From assembly GCA_033844545.1 (NCBI GenBank), contig JAJLJS010000020.1, positions 8,033 to 72,032 of the forward strand: a stretch of DNA of 64,000 bases. Reading direction: 5' to 3'. This DNA is from Cyclobacteriaceae bacterium (lineage in GTDB: Bacteria > Bacteroidota > Bacteroidia > Cytophagales > Cyclobacteriaceae). The translations under genes were made by a program, and so were the position numbers. Positions 37,186-46,631 of this stretch are shown piece after piece (the stretch's first letter is position 1; each line of letters starts with the position of its first letter). A model generated the notes under the pieces. It saw nothing but the letters and a program-made list of their open reading frames with translations, did not search any database and was not told the DNA's origin.

Positions 37186-38478
37186 TTGATCTTGAGAAAG
37201 ATCCTTTTGACCTCTTTTTACTTTTCCCCTTGCACGCTGACGCCTGCTCAAAGGATCACATTCTGGGCTGAAAATTTTCACAGGATGGGGTTTTATCCCA
37301 TTGTCATTACCCGTGAATGGAGCCCAGAAATCCGAACACACCAGGATACTAAGATTCCCTTGGGTGAGGAAGTTCGGATTCTAAAATTCCCAACTCATGA
37401 GGTTCATTATTTGCCTTTCAAACCTGGAATGCTGGATTGGTCTTATTTGAATTTCGGAGAAAATTTCCTAAGACCTCTTTTCCTCTTGGTCAAAATACTG
37501 GACGTTTTTTTTGCCAGATTTACCCTACGATTCACCTCTTTTCGAAATTTTTTACCATATCTGGAGGAGCAAGTCAAAGAGCACTTACCCGAAAAATTCA
37601 TCGTATCCGGAGAACCCTTCTACCTTTTTCGATTGGGATACTCTCTCCAAAAGAAATTTGGACTGAATTGGTTGGCTGACTATCGTGATGATTGGAGTAC
37701 CAATCAGCTTCAAATGGAAAAATCCGGAGGGGGAGTCCGACGGTGGATTGCCCAGGTGGAATCCAACTACGAAATGAAGTGGGTTTCTACTGCAGAGAAA
37801 ATCATTTCCGTTTCAGAAGTGTATACCCATAGGGTTAGTGAATTTTTGGGGAAGCCGGGGATCACGGTTCAAAATGGATTTGAGGAAGAGCTTCTTGAAT
37901 ATCCTACGGATACCCTCTATCCTTTATTTACTCTAATTTACAGTGGAGTAGTCTATCCCTCTCAGAATATTCAAATGATCCTTGATGTTCTCCAAATCTG
38001 CCAAAAAGGAGGTTTTCCTTTCCGATTAATGTTTTTAGGGGCAGCTTTTGACGTCAAGGAAAAGAAGAGGATTGATGGATTGATCCCGGAGGATATTAAA
38101 GCATTTGTAGAAATTACGCAGCGCTTTCCCCGTCAGGAAGCATTGAAAATCTTAAGTAGAGGGCATGCTTTTTTAGGGGTTGCCTATGGAAATATGAAGG
38201 GCATCCCTTCCTCCAAATTGTATGAATATTTGGCTTTGGGAAAGCCGGTGTTGCTTTGTCCTACCGATGGGGATGTGATGGAAGAAATTTTAAGAAAATC
38301 GGGATTGGGATTTTTTTGCAAATCAGCCCAAGAAGGATCTGAAAAAATCCTGGAAATCATGAAACTCTATGAAGCCCCTGAAGCCTTGGCTGACATGAAA
38401 AGCAAGGCTAAGGCCTCGGTATTGCCGTATTCCCGAATGAATCAGCTTAAATTATTAGCAAATCATCTTGGAAAATAG
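37186..38478 (+). CDS. GT4-like glycosyltransferase
   Basis: ADYRDDW, NGFE and PSSKLYEYLALGKPVL motifs. Confidence 0.78.
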   Translation: MILRKILLTSFYFSPCTLTPAQRITFWAENFHRMGFYPIVITREWSPEIRTHQDTKIPLGEEVRILKFPTHEVHYLPFKPGMLDWSYLNFGENFLRPLFLLVKILDVFFARFTLRFTSFRNFLPYLEEQVKEHLPEKFIVSGEPFYLFRLGYSLQKKFGLNWLADYRDDWSTNQLQMEKSGGGVRRWIAQVESNYEMKWVSTAEKIISVSEVYTHRVSEFLGKPGITVQNGFEEELLEYPTDTLYPLFTLIYSGVVYPSQNIQMILDVLQICQKGGFPFRLMFLGAAFDVKEKKRIDGLIPEDIKAFVEITQRFPRQEALKILSRGHAFLGVAYGNMKGIPSSKLYEYLALGKPVLLCPTDGDVMEEILRKSGLGFFCKSAQEGSEKILEIMKLYEAPEALADMKSKAKASVLPYSRMNQLKLLANHLGK

Positions 38479-39631
38479 CCTAAACATTCAAGTCATTGCT
38501 TTGGATAAGTTTGCCAAGTTTGGGCTGATCGGATATTTGTTCCTTACCTCTTGTACCCAGTTGGTAAGTTTTCAATTGGATAAGGCTTTGATGGTCTTGT
38601 TTGTGGGAATCCTGGTTTTTCATTTTTTCTTCACTGGAAAACAAATTCCGCATCGTGCTTTTTTGGTCCTTTTGGGTGTGTTTGGCATTGCTTTGATTTC
38701 TTATTTACTCAATTTGCCCGATTCATCTTTGATTATTTTCTTTCCGGTAATCGGCCTTGCTTACATGAGTTTGATTGCAGAGGAGGGTAGTTTTTTGGAT
38801 CTGTTTTATTGGGCCTTGTTTATTCACATACTTTTCGGGGCCATTTTGGTGATTTCAAGCTATGTAGTCGGAATGAACCCTTTTGTGCATCCAATGTATG
38901 ACAAAGGCCTTCCATTTCTGCATGCGGCCAAAGGCTTTACGACGACAGTTCAGGCATATGGTACCCTTGTGATTTCCTGGTTTTTGATTTTCTATTTCAA
39001 AAAAGAAAATCAACAAATCCACCTCTGGGACAAAATTGCCTACGGTTTGGTTCTTTTGGGTTTGATTTTAACGTTTAATCGAAACAGCTTTCTGGTGTTT
39101 TATTTGATCCTTTTCTTCAAACACAAGCGGATTTTTTGGCTGACAGTCTTTTTGGCTATTGGATTTTACCTTTATTTCTTCGAATTCATCAATAAATTGA
39201 TTTTCAACTTGTCCACCATTAGTTCTAGGGCTGATTTACTCCAGGCTTTTCGAATAGCATTCTTTGAGCAAACGGATTGGTTGGGGTATTTGATCGGACA
39301 TGGCAACAATATGGTGGGCGAAGGGATCGCCAAAGGAACCATTTACGGTACAGGCTATATCGAAAACGGCACCTCAGTATTGCTGTATACTTATGGATTT
39401 GTAGGGTATCTGGGGTATTTGGTAACTATTTTGGGATTTTCGGTTCTTTTTTTCCTGAAAAGAAAAGTCTTCTACGCTGGAATGTTCTTTTACATTTTTA
39501 TTGTAGCCCAGCAATTTACTCATGAGTTTTTCTCAACCACCATTTACCTTCAGTTGACCGTGTTTCTCCTGATTTTCAATCAACTCCCCAAAATTGAAAG
39601 AAAAAGTAGTCTTTTTTCATCTACTCAATAA
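38468..39631 (+). CDS. wzy: Putative Wzy polymerase
   Basis: About 11 TMs, TFNRNS, a periplasmic loop ending IGHG...IENG; lies in a Wzx/Wzz locus. Confidence 0.6.
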   Translation: MENSLNIQVIALDKFAKFGLIGYLFLTSCTQLVSFQLDKALMVLFVGILVFHFFFTGKQIPHRAFLVLLGVFGIALISYLLNLPDSSLIIFFPVIGLAYMSLIAEEGSFLDLFYWALFIHILFGAILVISSYVVGMNPFVHPMYDKGLPFLHAAKGFTTTVQAYGTLVISWFLIFYFKKENQQIHLWDKIAYGLVLLGLILTFNRNSFLVFYLILFFKHKRIFWLTVFLAIGFYLYFFEFINKLIFNLSTISSRADLLQAFRIAFFEQTDWLGYLIGHGNNMVGEGIAKGTIYGTGYIENGTSVLLYTYGFVGYLGYLVTILGFSVLFFLKRKVFYAGMFFYIFIVAQQFTHEFFSTTIYLQLTVFLLIFNQLPKIERKSSLFSSTQ

Positions 39632-40664
39632 CTTCACCGGAAGCCCGGCAGTCTTGGCCAACGTAATTCAGGTAGCCAAAGATTCCGGGAAGGAAGTCCA
39701 TTTGTATACGAGCTCGGGGAAAGGGTTTTTGTCTGGGATCGAGGGAATTACGTACCATCCAAACCACTACATTCGATCCAGGTTTCGAATTTTTACTCTC
39801 TTTACGTTTTTCCTCAGCCAGGTCTATTTGGCCTTTCAGCTACTCAGATGGAGAAGTACAGACTGTGTATTTTATATAAATACCATATTGCCATTTTCGG
39901 CAATATGGGTTGGGAAGTTCCTTAAAAAAAGGACGGTGGTTCATGTCCACGAATATGAGGTTAGTCCCAAGATACTCAGTAAATTTTTGTTTTGGATGGT
40001 CAAAAATGGGGCAGATGAGGTAATTACTGTATCCCGGTTTTTAGCGCAAAACCCATCCCTTCGTTCCCTAGAATCCAAGGTAATTCCTAATGCAGTTGCC
40101 CTTGAATTTGAAAAACAAGCTAGAAAAAACAATTTCCCACCCAAAGGTTGTTTCCAGGTTTTGATGTTGGCCTCATTGAGACAATATAAGGGAATCCATG
40201 AATTTGCTCTTTTAGCCAAAGAATTGCCCAACCTTATTTTTGTATTGGTCCTTAGTGATGCGAAAAGAGAAGTAGAAGCCTGGAAAATTGGTCAGGATTT
40301 GCCGTCGAATCTTCAACTATTTCCGGTCCAAGAAAATGTGATTTCGTTTTTTCAATCCTCTTCCTTGCTTCTGAATCTGGCACATCCCGATAAATGGAAG
40401 GAAACTTTTGGAATGACAGTTTTGGAAGGAATGCATTTTGGGATTCCGGCAATCGTTCCCACCCAAGGGGGAGTTACCGAATTGGTGGAGGAAGGCCTAA
40501 ATGGATTTTTGGTGGATTATACTGATTTAGAAAAAATTAAGACCTTAATCAGCCGTATCTCCTCGGATAGGGAACTTTGGAATGCCTTGAGTGAAAATGC
40601 GAAAGAAAAAGCAAAGGAATTTTCCTTTGAAAATTTTAGCTCAAAAATTGCTGAGATCTTGTGA
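39594..40664 (+). CDS. GT4 glycosyltransferase
   Basis: HVHE, KGIHEF and ETFGMTVLEGM motifs. Confidence 0.85.
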   Translation: MKEKVVFFHLLNNFTGSPAVLANVIQVAKDSGKEVHLYTSSGKGFLSGIEGITYHPNHYIRSRFRIFTLFTFFLSQVYLAFQLLRWRSTDCVFYINTILPFSAIWVGKFLKKRTVVHVHEYEVSPKILSKFLFWMVKNGADEVITVSRFLAQNPSLRSLESKVIPNAVALEFEKQARKNNFPPKGCFQVLMLASLRQYKGIHEFALLAKELPNLIFVLVLSDAKREVEAWKIGQDLPSNLQLFPVQENVISFFQSSSLLLNLAHPDKWKETFGMTVLEGMHFGIPAIVPTQGGVTELVEEGLNGFLVDYTDLEKIKTLISRISSDRELWNALSENAKEKAKEFSFENFSSKIAEIL

Positions 40665-40665
40665 C

Positions 40666-42258
40666 ATGAGAAAATTGAATTTATTTTTTGGGTTGATGTC
40701 AGTAAACATAGCGGTGGTCTTTGCTCAAAAAGCCGAGGTTTACCGCTTGGAAAAGCTTTATCAGCCAGAGGTGTCCACTGCTAATTTTTCTGCCTGGCAA
40801 GGAGAGACCTTATTGGTCCCGATCCGGTTTGATTCCAAAAATTCCTCCCCCGTTTCTGTTTCATTTTCCGGGGAAGGTGCGGATGTAGATTATTTCCAGC
40901 TTTTTCAGGTATGGGCGGACTTCTCGGCGGGGTTTTGTGGAGAGTCCAAAACCAATGGAACTTTTGAAAAAACCCAAATTCCAGACCGTGCAGTCAAATT
41001 GGGTAAAGCCGAGTTTGATCCAAGTTCAGAGCAGGAGTGGATTTTGGCAAAGGTCAAGATCCGTCCAACGTCCAAACCCGGGGAGTATCCTTATGTTTTT
41101 ACCTTTGTGCAGAATGGCAAAAAAACCACTGTGAAAGGCTCAATTCGAGTTCTGGATAGGAAAATTGGAAAGATTAGCCCTTTGGACTTTTATACAGATT
41201 TTTGGCAATTTCCGATATCGGTGGCCGATTACCACCACATAAAGCCATGGTCCGAAGAGCATTGGGAAAAACTCGCGCTACAATTTGAGCATCTAGCAGG
41301 AATCAATCAGCATTCCATCACCGCTTCAGTTTTTTGGGATCTCTACAATACCCGAATCAGACCTTTGGATGAGATGATGATTCAAGTCAAAAAGTCTCCA
41401 GATGGCATATTCTCCTATGATTATTCTGTTTTCGATCGATACGTGGAGCTAGGGCTAAAAAATGGAATTACCAACCAAATAGCCATTCATAACCTATTTC
41501 CATGGAATAACTTTTTCTTTTATTGGGATGAAAGTTCCAAGGAAATAGCCTCCATCCAAACCCCACCCGGAACACCAGAGTATCAAGAATTTTGGAGGCC
41601 TTTGGTGGTCGACCTGGCAGCTCATCTTCGGAGAAAAGGATGGCTGGATCGTTCTCTTTTTTTTGTGGACGAGCGCGATCCCGTGCAGACAGAACAGCTA
41701 ATCCAATGGGTGAAAGGTCTGGAACCTGATTTCCAATTTGGCTTTGCCGGTGATTATTATCCCTCGCTTTCTCCCTGGATAAAGGATTACGCAACCCCCA
41801 TGAATGTGGTGATTGACCCTTCAGAGTTGTCCCGGAGAATCCTGCATGCAGGTACCACCTCGCTTTATACCTCTTGTTTTGAAAAGGCGAACCAGCCGAA
41901 TATGCTTTTGCCATCTGACCTTCGTGAAATTTACTTCTTGGTTCATTTAGCCCAAGCCAAAAAGTATAATGGAATGTTGAGGTGGGCTTTTAACCTTTGG
42001 TCTCCTCAAATTTTAGAATCTGCAATCTTTACGGATTTGCCCTCAGGGGATTCTTATTTAGTATATCCGGATGGACAATTGTCTCTCCGATATTTGGTGT
42101 TACAGGATGCATTGGAGGAACTTGCAAAGTCAAAAGCTATCGCTCAGACCAAAGGAGTCACTGAAATGAACTCGGCCCTCAATCGGTATTTTTTAATTAA
42201 TATTGAAGGGGATCGGTACCAAATGATCCAATCCTTGAAAAATTATTTAAATGAATAA
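40666..42258 (+). CDS. Secreted DUF4091/GH123-like glycoside hydrolase (beta-N-acetylgalactosaminidase-like)
   Basis: Signal peptide from ATG 40666; DFWQFP, YDYSVFDRYVE, VDER (DE pair), GMLRWAFN and GDSYLVYP motifs. Confidence 0.72.
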   Translation: MRKLNLFFGLMSVNIAVVFAQKAEVYRLEKLYQPEVSTANFSAWQGETLLVPIRFDSKNSSPVSVSFSGEGADVDYFQLFQVWADFSAGFCGESKTNGTFEKTQIPDRAVKLGKAEFDPSSEQEWILAKVKIRPTSKPGEYPYVFTFVQNGKKTTVKGSIRVLDRKIGKISPLDFYTDFWQFPISVADYHHIKPWSEEHWEKLALQFEHLAGINQHSITASVFWDLYNTRIRPLDEMMIQVKKSPDGIFSYDYSVFDRYVELGLKNGITNQIAIHNLFPWNNFFFYWDESSKEIASIQTPPGTPEYQEFWRPLVVDLAAHLRRKGWLDRSLFFVDERDPVQTEQLIQWVKGLEPDFQFGFAGDYYPSLSPWIKDYATPMNVVIDPSELSRRILHAGTTSLYTSCFEKANQPNMLLPSDLREIYFLVHLAQAKKYNGMLRWAFNLWSPQILESAIFTDLPSGDSYLVYPDGQLSLRYLVLQDALEELAKSKAIAQTKGVTEMNSALNRYFLINIEGDRYQMIQSLKNYLNE

Positions 42259-43339
42259 GAAGAAGCTTGCCATTTTAGGAATCGTTGGAGTTCCTGCAAA
42301 TTATGGTGGATTCGAAACTCTGGTTGAAAACCTGTTAGACTTATTGCCCAAATATTATGAGGTAACCGTCTTTTGTGAAAGCAAATCCTACCCGGAAAAA
42401 TTGAAGACCTACAAGGGAGCCAATTTGGCTTACCTTAATCTAAAGGCCAACGGGGCACAAAGTATCCTATACGATTCTATTTCTTTGCTAAAATCCTTCC
42501 GAAAGGAAGATTATATCCTAGTATTGGGAGTTTCGGGGGCTATTATGATCCCTTTTTTGAAACCTTTTACCAAAGCCAAAATTGTAACCCATATTGATGG
42601 CTTAGAGTGGAAAAGGGACAAATGGGGCTGGTTTGCCAAAAAGTTTTTAAGATTTTCAGAAATGCTTTCGGTTCGGTTTTCCCATGGGGTAATTGCTGAC
42701 AATAAGCATATTCAAAACTACATCACGGATGAATACCGAAAGGATTCCTTTTTGATTGCGTATGGGGCAAACCACGTCAGTCAAGTCGAAGTAGAGTCTT
42801 ATAAGAAGAAATTTTCTTTTTTGGGAAACCCTTATGTGTTTACAGTTTGCAGGATCGAACCGGAAAACAATGTGGAAATGCAGCTTAGGGCATTCAAAGA
42901 ATGTGAAATCGGTATGCCCTATGTGGTCGTTGGAAACTGGAATGCCAATGAATATGGAATGAGGCTTTACCATGATTACTCCAAGGTGAAAAATATTATT
43001 CTTTACAATCCCATCTATGAAATGGAAGAGCTCAATGTGCTTAGATCCAATAGCTTCTTTTATCTCCATGGACACAGTGCGGGTGGCACAAATCCATCTC
43101 TGGTAGAAGCGATGTATTTGGGCTTGCCGGTGATTGCCTATGGGGTTAATTACAACCGTGAAACAACCTTTGGTAAAGCATTGTACTTCAATAATTTTGA
43201 GGAATTGAAATGCCTATTACTTCAGATCAGAAGCTTGAATAGGGAACAAATGAGTCAGGACTTGTATAAACTGGCCAAAAAGAATTATTCCTGGAAGGCA
43301 ATCTCCAAAAAGTACATTAAAATGCTGGAAGCACTTTGA
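42251..43339 (+). CDS. DUF1972/GT4 glycosyltransferase (WchF/Cps2T-like)
   Basis: GVPANYGGFET, DGLEWKRDKW, RIEPENN and HGHSAGGTNPSLVEAM motifs. Confidence 0.88.
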   Translation: MNKKKLAILGIVGVPANYGGFETLVENLLDLLPKYYEVTVFCESKSYPEKLKTYKGANLAYLNLKANGAQSILYDSISLLKSFRKEDYILVLGVSGAIMIPFLKPFTKAKIVTHIDGLEWKRDKWGWFAKKFLRFSEMLSVRFSHGVIADNKHIQNYITDEYRKDSFLIAYGANHVSQVEVESYKKKFSFLGNPYVFTVCRIEPENNVEMQLRAFKECEIGMPYVVVGNWNANEYGMRLYHDYSKVKNIILYNPIYEMEELNVLRSNSFFYLHGHSAGGTNPSLVEAMYLGLPVIAYGVNYNRETTFGKALYFNNFEELKCLLLQIRSLNREQMSQDLYKLAKKNYSWKAISKKYIKMLEAL

Positions 43340-43352
43340 TTCCATAAAGGCT

Positions 43353-45041
43353 GTGGGTTTAAAAAGTTGGATTTATGTAGGGATTCTTTTACTTGGGCTG
43401 CTGGGGAGCGGGATCATTCATGGTCAGACCATTCCGGCAGGATTTCCCATTTTGGAGGAATATGCGAGGAAAGAAAGTCTTTTGGGAAATGAATGGAAAG
43501 AAAATTCATTTGCCTTGAGACCGATCAGAATTCCAAATGGATGGGGAAAGGAAAGAAATTATGAGGTAGATACCTCCCGGGCCAGTTTTCCCAGAAGAAT
43601 CAGAGCGGAAATACTTCCGTGGTTGAATACGACGATTTATAACCATAAAAGGCCTTTTGGATGGGGTAATTCCAGTTTGTTTAACGCAGCAGGATTCCAA
43701 AATCTAAATTCTCCGGGTTTTTTTTTCAAGTTTTTCCTTTTGGAAATCCAACTTAGACCTGAGTTTGTATACAGTCAAAACCCTGATTTTCAGGGCTACG
43801 GGGGACAGTTTTCTGACAACACCAATTTTTCACGATTCCGATTTTGGAATTTTGGAGACCATCCGGAGTATTTTGGAGAAGAATATCGGCAATTTGCCAC
43901 TTGGGGCCAGTCATATATTTCCTTGAATTTCGGGAAAATAGAGACTGGACTTAGTTCGCAAAATGTATGGTGGGGTCCCGGTCAGTTTTCCAGTTTGATT
44001 TTTTCCAACAATGCTAGGGGATTTAATCATCTTTTTCTGAGGACTTCCAAGCCTATTAATATTGGAATTGGACATTTAGAAGGTGAAATTTTAGCGGGTA
44101 GAGCTGAAGACTCAGGGCTTGATCCTTCCCAAAATCCAATCTTAAATCAGCAGTATTTTTGGAAGTTTTCAGGGGATTGGCGCTATGTTACTGGCATTAC
44201 TTTGACGTATCAACCAAAGTTTTTAAGGAATTTCTTTGTGGGATTCAACAGGACTTTTCAGCAATATAGCCAGGACGTAGAAAATACTTTCACCGGGAGA
44301 CTTCCCATTTTCGAGGCTTTTCAAAAAGAGAAATTTTTTGAAAGTGGAAATTCAGTCTTATATGACGCTTTGGCGCAGGACCAACAGGCTTCTGTTTTTT
44401 TTAAATACCGGTCCACGCAGGGAAAATTCGAGATGTATTCGGAGTTTGGAAAACATGACCATAATTTCAACTGGAGAGAATTTATGCTCAATCCAGAGCA
44501 TGCAAGGTCTTTTTTGATGGGTTTTTCCAAACTAATCTCACTTCCTAAGCCCGAAGAATATCTTCAGGTAAGAGCGGAACTCATCCACCAATCTGAATCT
44601 GTGAATCGGTATATCCGCTATCCTGTCTTGGGAGTTTCAAATACCAGCTGGCATACCCATTATCAAGTCCGTGGGTTTTCAAACTATGGAGAATCAATGG
44701 GGGCTGGGATAGGAGTAGGGGCCAATGCGCAGATCCTGGAAGTGTCCAAAATAAAAAATCTTGATAAAATCGGTATAACCCTCCAGCGGATTGAAAATCA
44801 CCAGGATTTTTTTTATCGGGCTTTTGAAGATGACCCAACACAGAGCCCTTGGATAGATCTGAGCTTGGGTGTCATTTGGAATAAACAATGGAAAAATCTT
44901 GTCTTTAGTGCTACAGGCCAGATGATTCAGGGAAAAAATTACCAATGGCAGTCTATTCAAAACCCCTCACCCGACTTTTATTCCGGCAATGATAAATTGT
45001 CATTTTCCGGGCAGCTACACCTGCTTTATTTGTTTCGGTAA
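43353..45041 (+). CDS. Capsule assembly Wzi-family outer-membrane protein
   Basis: Signal peptide, NVWWGPGQFSSLIFSNNARG and beta-barrel-like C-terminus. Confidence 0.8.
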   Translation: MGLKSWIYVGILLLGLLGSGIIHGQTIPAGFPILEEYARKESLLGNEWKENSFALRPIRIPNGWGKERNYEVDTSRASFPRRIRAEILPWLNTTIYNHKRPFGWGNSSLFNAAGFQNLNSPGFFFKFFLLEIQLRPEFVYSQNPDFQGYGGQFSDNTNFSRFRFWNFGDHPEYFGEEYRQFATWGQSYISLNFGKIETGLSSQNVWWGPGQFSSLIFSNNARGFNHLFLRTSKPINIGIGHLEGEILAGRAEDSGLDPSQNPILNQQYFWKFSGDWRYVTGITLTYQPKFLRNFFVGFNRTFQQYSQDVENTFTGRLPIFEAFQKEKFFESGNSVLYDALAQDQQASVFFKYRSTQGKFEMYSEFGKHDHNFNWREFMLNPEHARSFLMGFSKLISLPKPEEYLQVRAELIHQSESVNRYIRYPVLGVSNTSWHTHYQVRGFSNYGESMGAGIGVGANAQILEVSKIKNLDKIGITLQRIENHQDFFYRAFEDDPTQSPWIDLSLGVIWNKQWKNLVFSATGQMIQGKNYQWQSIQNPSPDFYSGNDKLSFSGQLHLLYLFR

Positions 45042-45093
45042 GAGAATGTTCACTATCGCGTTTCTTTTGGAGAATAACTTTGCCTAAAAATTA

Positions 45094-45118
45094 AAATGAG
45101 TAATTTTGGTACTCATTT
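45094..45118. promoter_or_regulatory. Palindromic operator 2, AAATGAGTA-N7-TACTCATTT, overlapping the -7 element TAATTTTG (45101-45108); -33 TTTG at 45079-45082
   Basis: Perfect 9-bp arms, with the same core and spacing as 15663-15689. Confidence 0.75.
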
Positions 45119-45205
45119 CTGACACGTTGAGACTGATAGGATTGTTAGATTTAAAGATTAAGCTTTTCATTGAAAGTAAACCTTCTTTCTCGATTCATAA
45201 AATTC

Positions 45206-45236
45206 AGCTAAGTCCCGGGACTGACCGGGCGAAGCT
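45206..45236 (+). promoter_or_regulatory. Leader element 2 (ops/JUMPstart-like), core GGGACTGACCGGGCGAAGCT at 45217-45236
   Basis: Core is 18/20 identical to 16261-16280; ends 34 bp before the first ATG of operon 2. Confidence 0.6.
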
Positions 45237-45270
45237 TTAAATACAAGCAATTTATAACTCAGATTTTTAT

Positions 45271-46575
45271 ATGTTGAAACCATTAAAAGAAATCAAAATC
45301 GGAATTATCGGTCTAGGCTATGTAGGCCTTCCCTTAGCAGTGGAATTTGCCAAAAAATTTCCTGTGGTCGGCTTTGATATTGACACAAAAAGAGTGGGGG
45401 ACCTTGTAAGCGGAAAGGATTTTACCCTCGAGGTTGAAGACGAACTTCTCCAATCGGTTTTGGTCAAAAATACCCCTAAAGTCGGTGAATCGGGATTGTT
45501 TCCGACATTTGAGGGAGATGCACTCAGAGATTGTACGGTTTACATCGTGACAGTTCCTACCCCTACTGACAAACATAATCGGCCAGTTTTGACCCCAATG
45601 CTCAAGGCGTCTGAGAATATTGGAAAATATCTTCAGCTCGGGGATGTGGTAATTTATGAATCCACCGTATATCCGGGGGTGACGGAAGAAGAATGTGTGC
45701 CCGTATTGGAAAAGGTGTCCGGACTGAAGTATAACTCAGACTTTTTTGCAGGGTATTCTCCCGAGCGAATTAATCCAGGAGACAAAGAGCATACCGTAGC
45801 TAAAATCCTGAAGGTGACCTCAGGAAGCACTCCGGAAGTGGCAGAGTATGTGGATCAGCTGTATAGACAAGTGATCACCGCAGGTACTCATAAAGCATCT
45901 TCCATCAAAGTTGCCGAAGCCGCCAAAGTGATTGAAAACTCCCAACGGGATATCAACATTGCTTTTGTCAATGAATTGTCCAAGATTTTTAATCTATTGG
46001 GAATAGATACCCAGGAGGTTTTGGAAGCAGCCGGGACAAAATGGAATTTCCTGAAATTCAAGCCGGGACTGGTAGGAGGGCATTGCATAGGAGTAGATCC
46101 TTTTTACCTGGCCCAAAAAGCCCAGGAGGTTGGCTATCATCCGGAAATAATTCTGGCAGGTCGTCGGTTGAATGATAGCATGGGCAAACACGTGGCTACA
46201 GAAGTAATCAAGCTGATGATGCGCAAAGACCTTAAGGTCATTGATTCCAAGGTTTTGATCCTTGGATTCACGTTTAAAGAAGATTGCCCGGATGTCCGAA
46301 ATACACGTGTGATTGATATTTACCGGGAACTTCGCTCCTTTGACATGGAGGTGGATGTCTATGACCCTTGGGCAAACCCCAATGAGGTGAAACATGAATA
46401 CGGGATAGACATTGCTTCTGGGGACGATGTTCCAGACCTCTCCACCTACTCTGCGGTGATTTTGGCAGTTGCACACCGGCAATTTTCGAGGCTTTCTATC
46501 CAAAAATCCTCCCAACAGGTAGTCTTTGATGTCAAAGGATTTCTGAAAAAGGAAAAGGTAGATGCGAGATTGTAA
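45271..46575 (+). CDS. UDP-N-acetylhexosamine 6-dehydrogenase (TviB/WbpO-like)
   Basis: GLGYVGLPLA, YSPERINPGD, GLVGGHCIGVDP and FKEDCPDVRNT motifs. Confidence 0.9.
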   Translation: MLKPLKEIKIGIIGLGYVGLPLAVEFAKKFPVVGFDIDTKRVGDLVSGKDFTLEVEDELLQSVLVKNTPKVGESGLFPTFEGDALRDCTVYIVTVPTPTDKHNRPVLTPMLKASENIGKYLQLGDVVIYESTVYPGVTEEECVPVLEKVSGLKYNSDFFAGYSPERINPGDKEHTVAKILKVTSGSTPEVAEYVDQLYRQVITAGTHKASSIKVAEAAKVIENSQRDINIAFVNELSKIFNLLGIDTQEVLEAAGTKWNFLKFKPGLVGGHCIGVDPFYLAQKAQEVGYHPEIILAGRRLNDSMGKHVATEVIKLMMRKDLKVIDSKVLILGFTFKEDCPDVRNTRVIDIYRELRSFDMEVDVYDPWANPNEVKHEYGIDIASGDDVPDLSTYSAVILAVAHRQFSRLSIQKSSQQVVFDVKGFLKKEKVDARL

Positions 46576-46631
46576 GGACTCCGCTACTAACTCATTTAAA
46601 ATTGTATATTTTTACCCAAATTTTAATTTGA

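Noticed and set aside
15663-45118. Twin palindromes as tyrosine-recombinase sites or invertible-promoter repeats
   Set aside because: The spacers differ (cctttgt vs attttgg), which disfavours recombination. No recombinase gene is in the window, and each site overlaps rather than flanks a promoter. An operator is the simpler reading.
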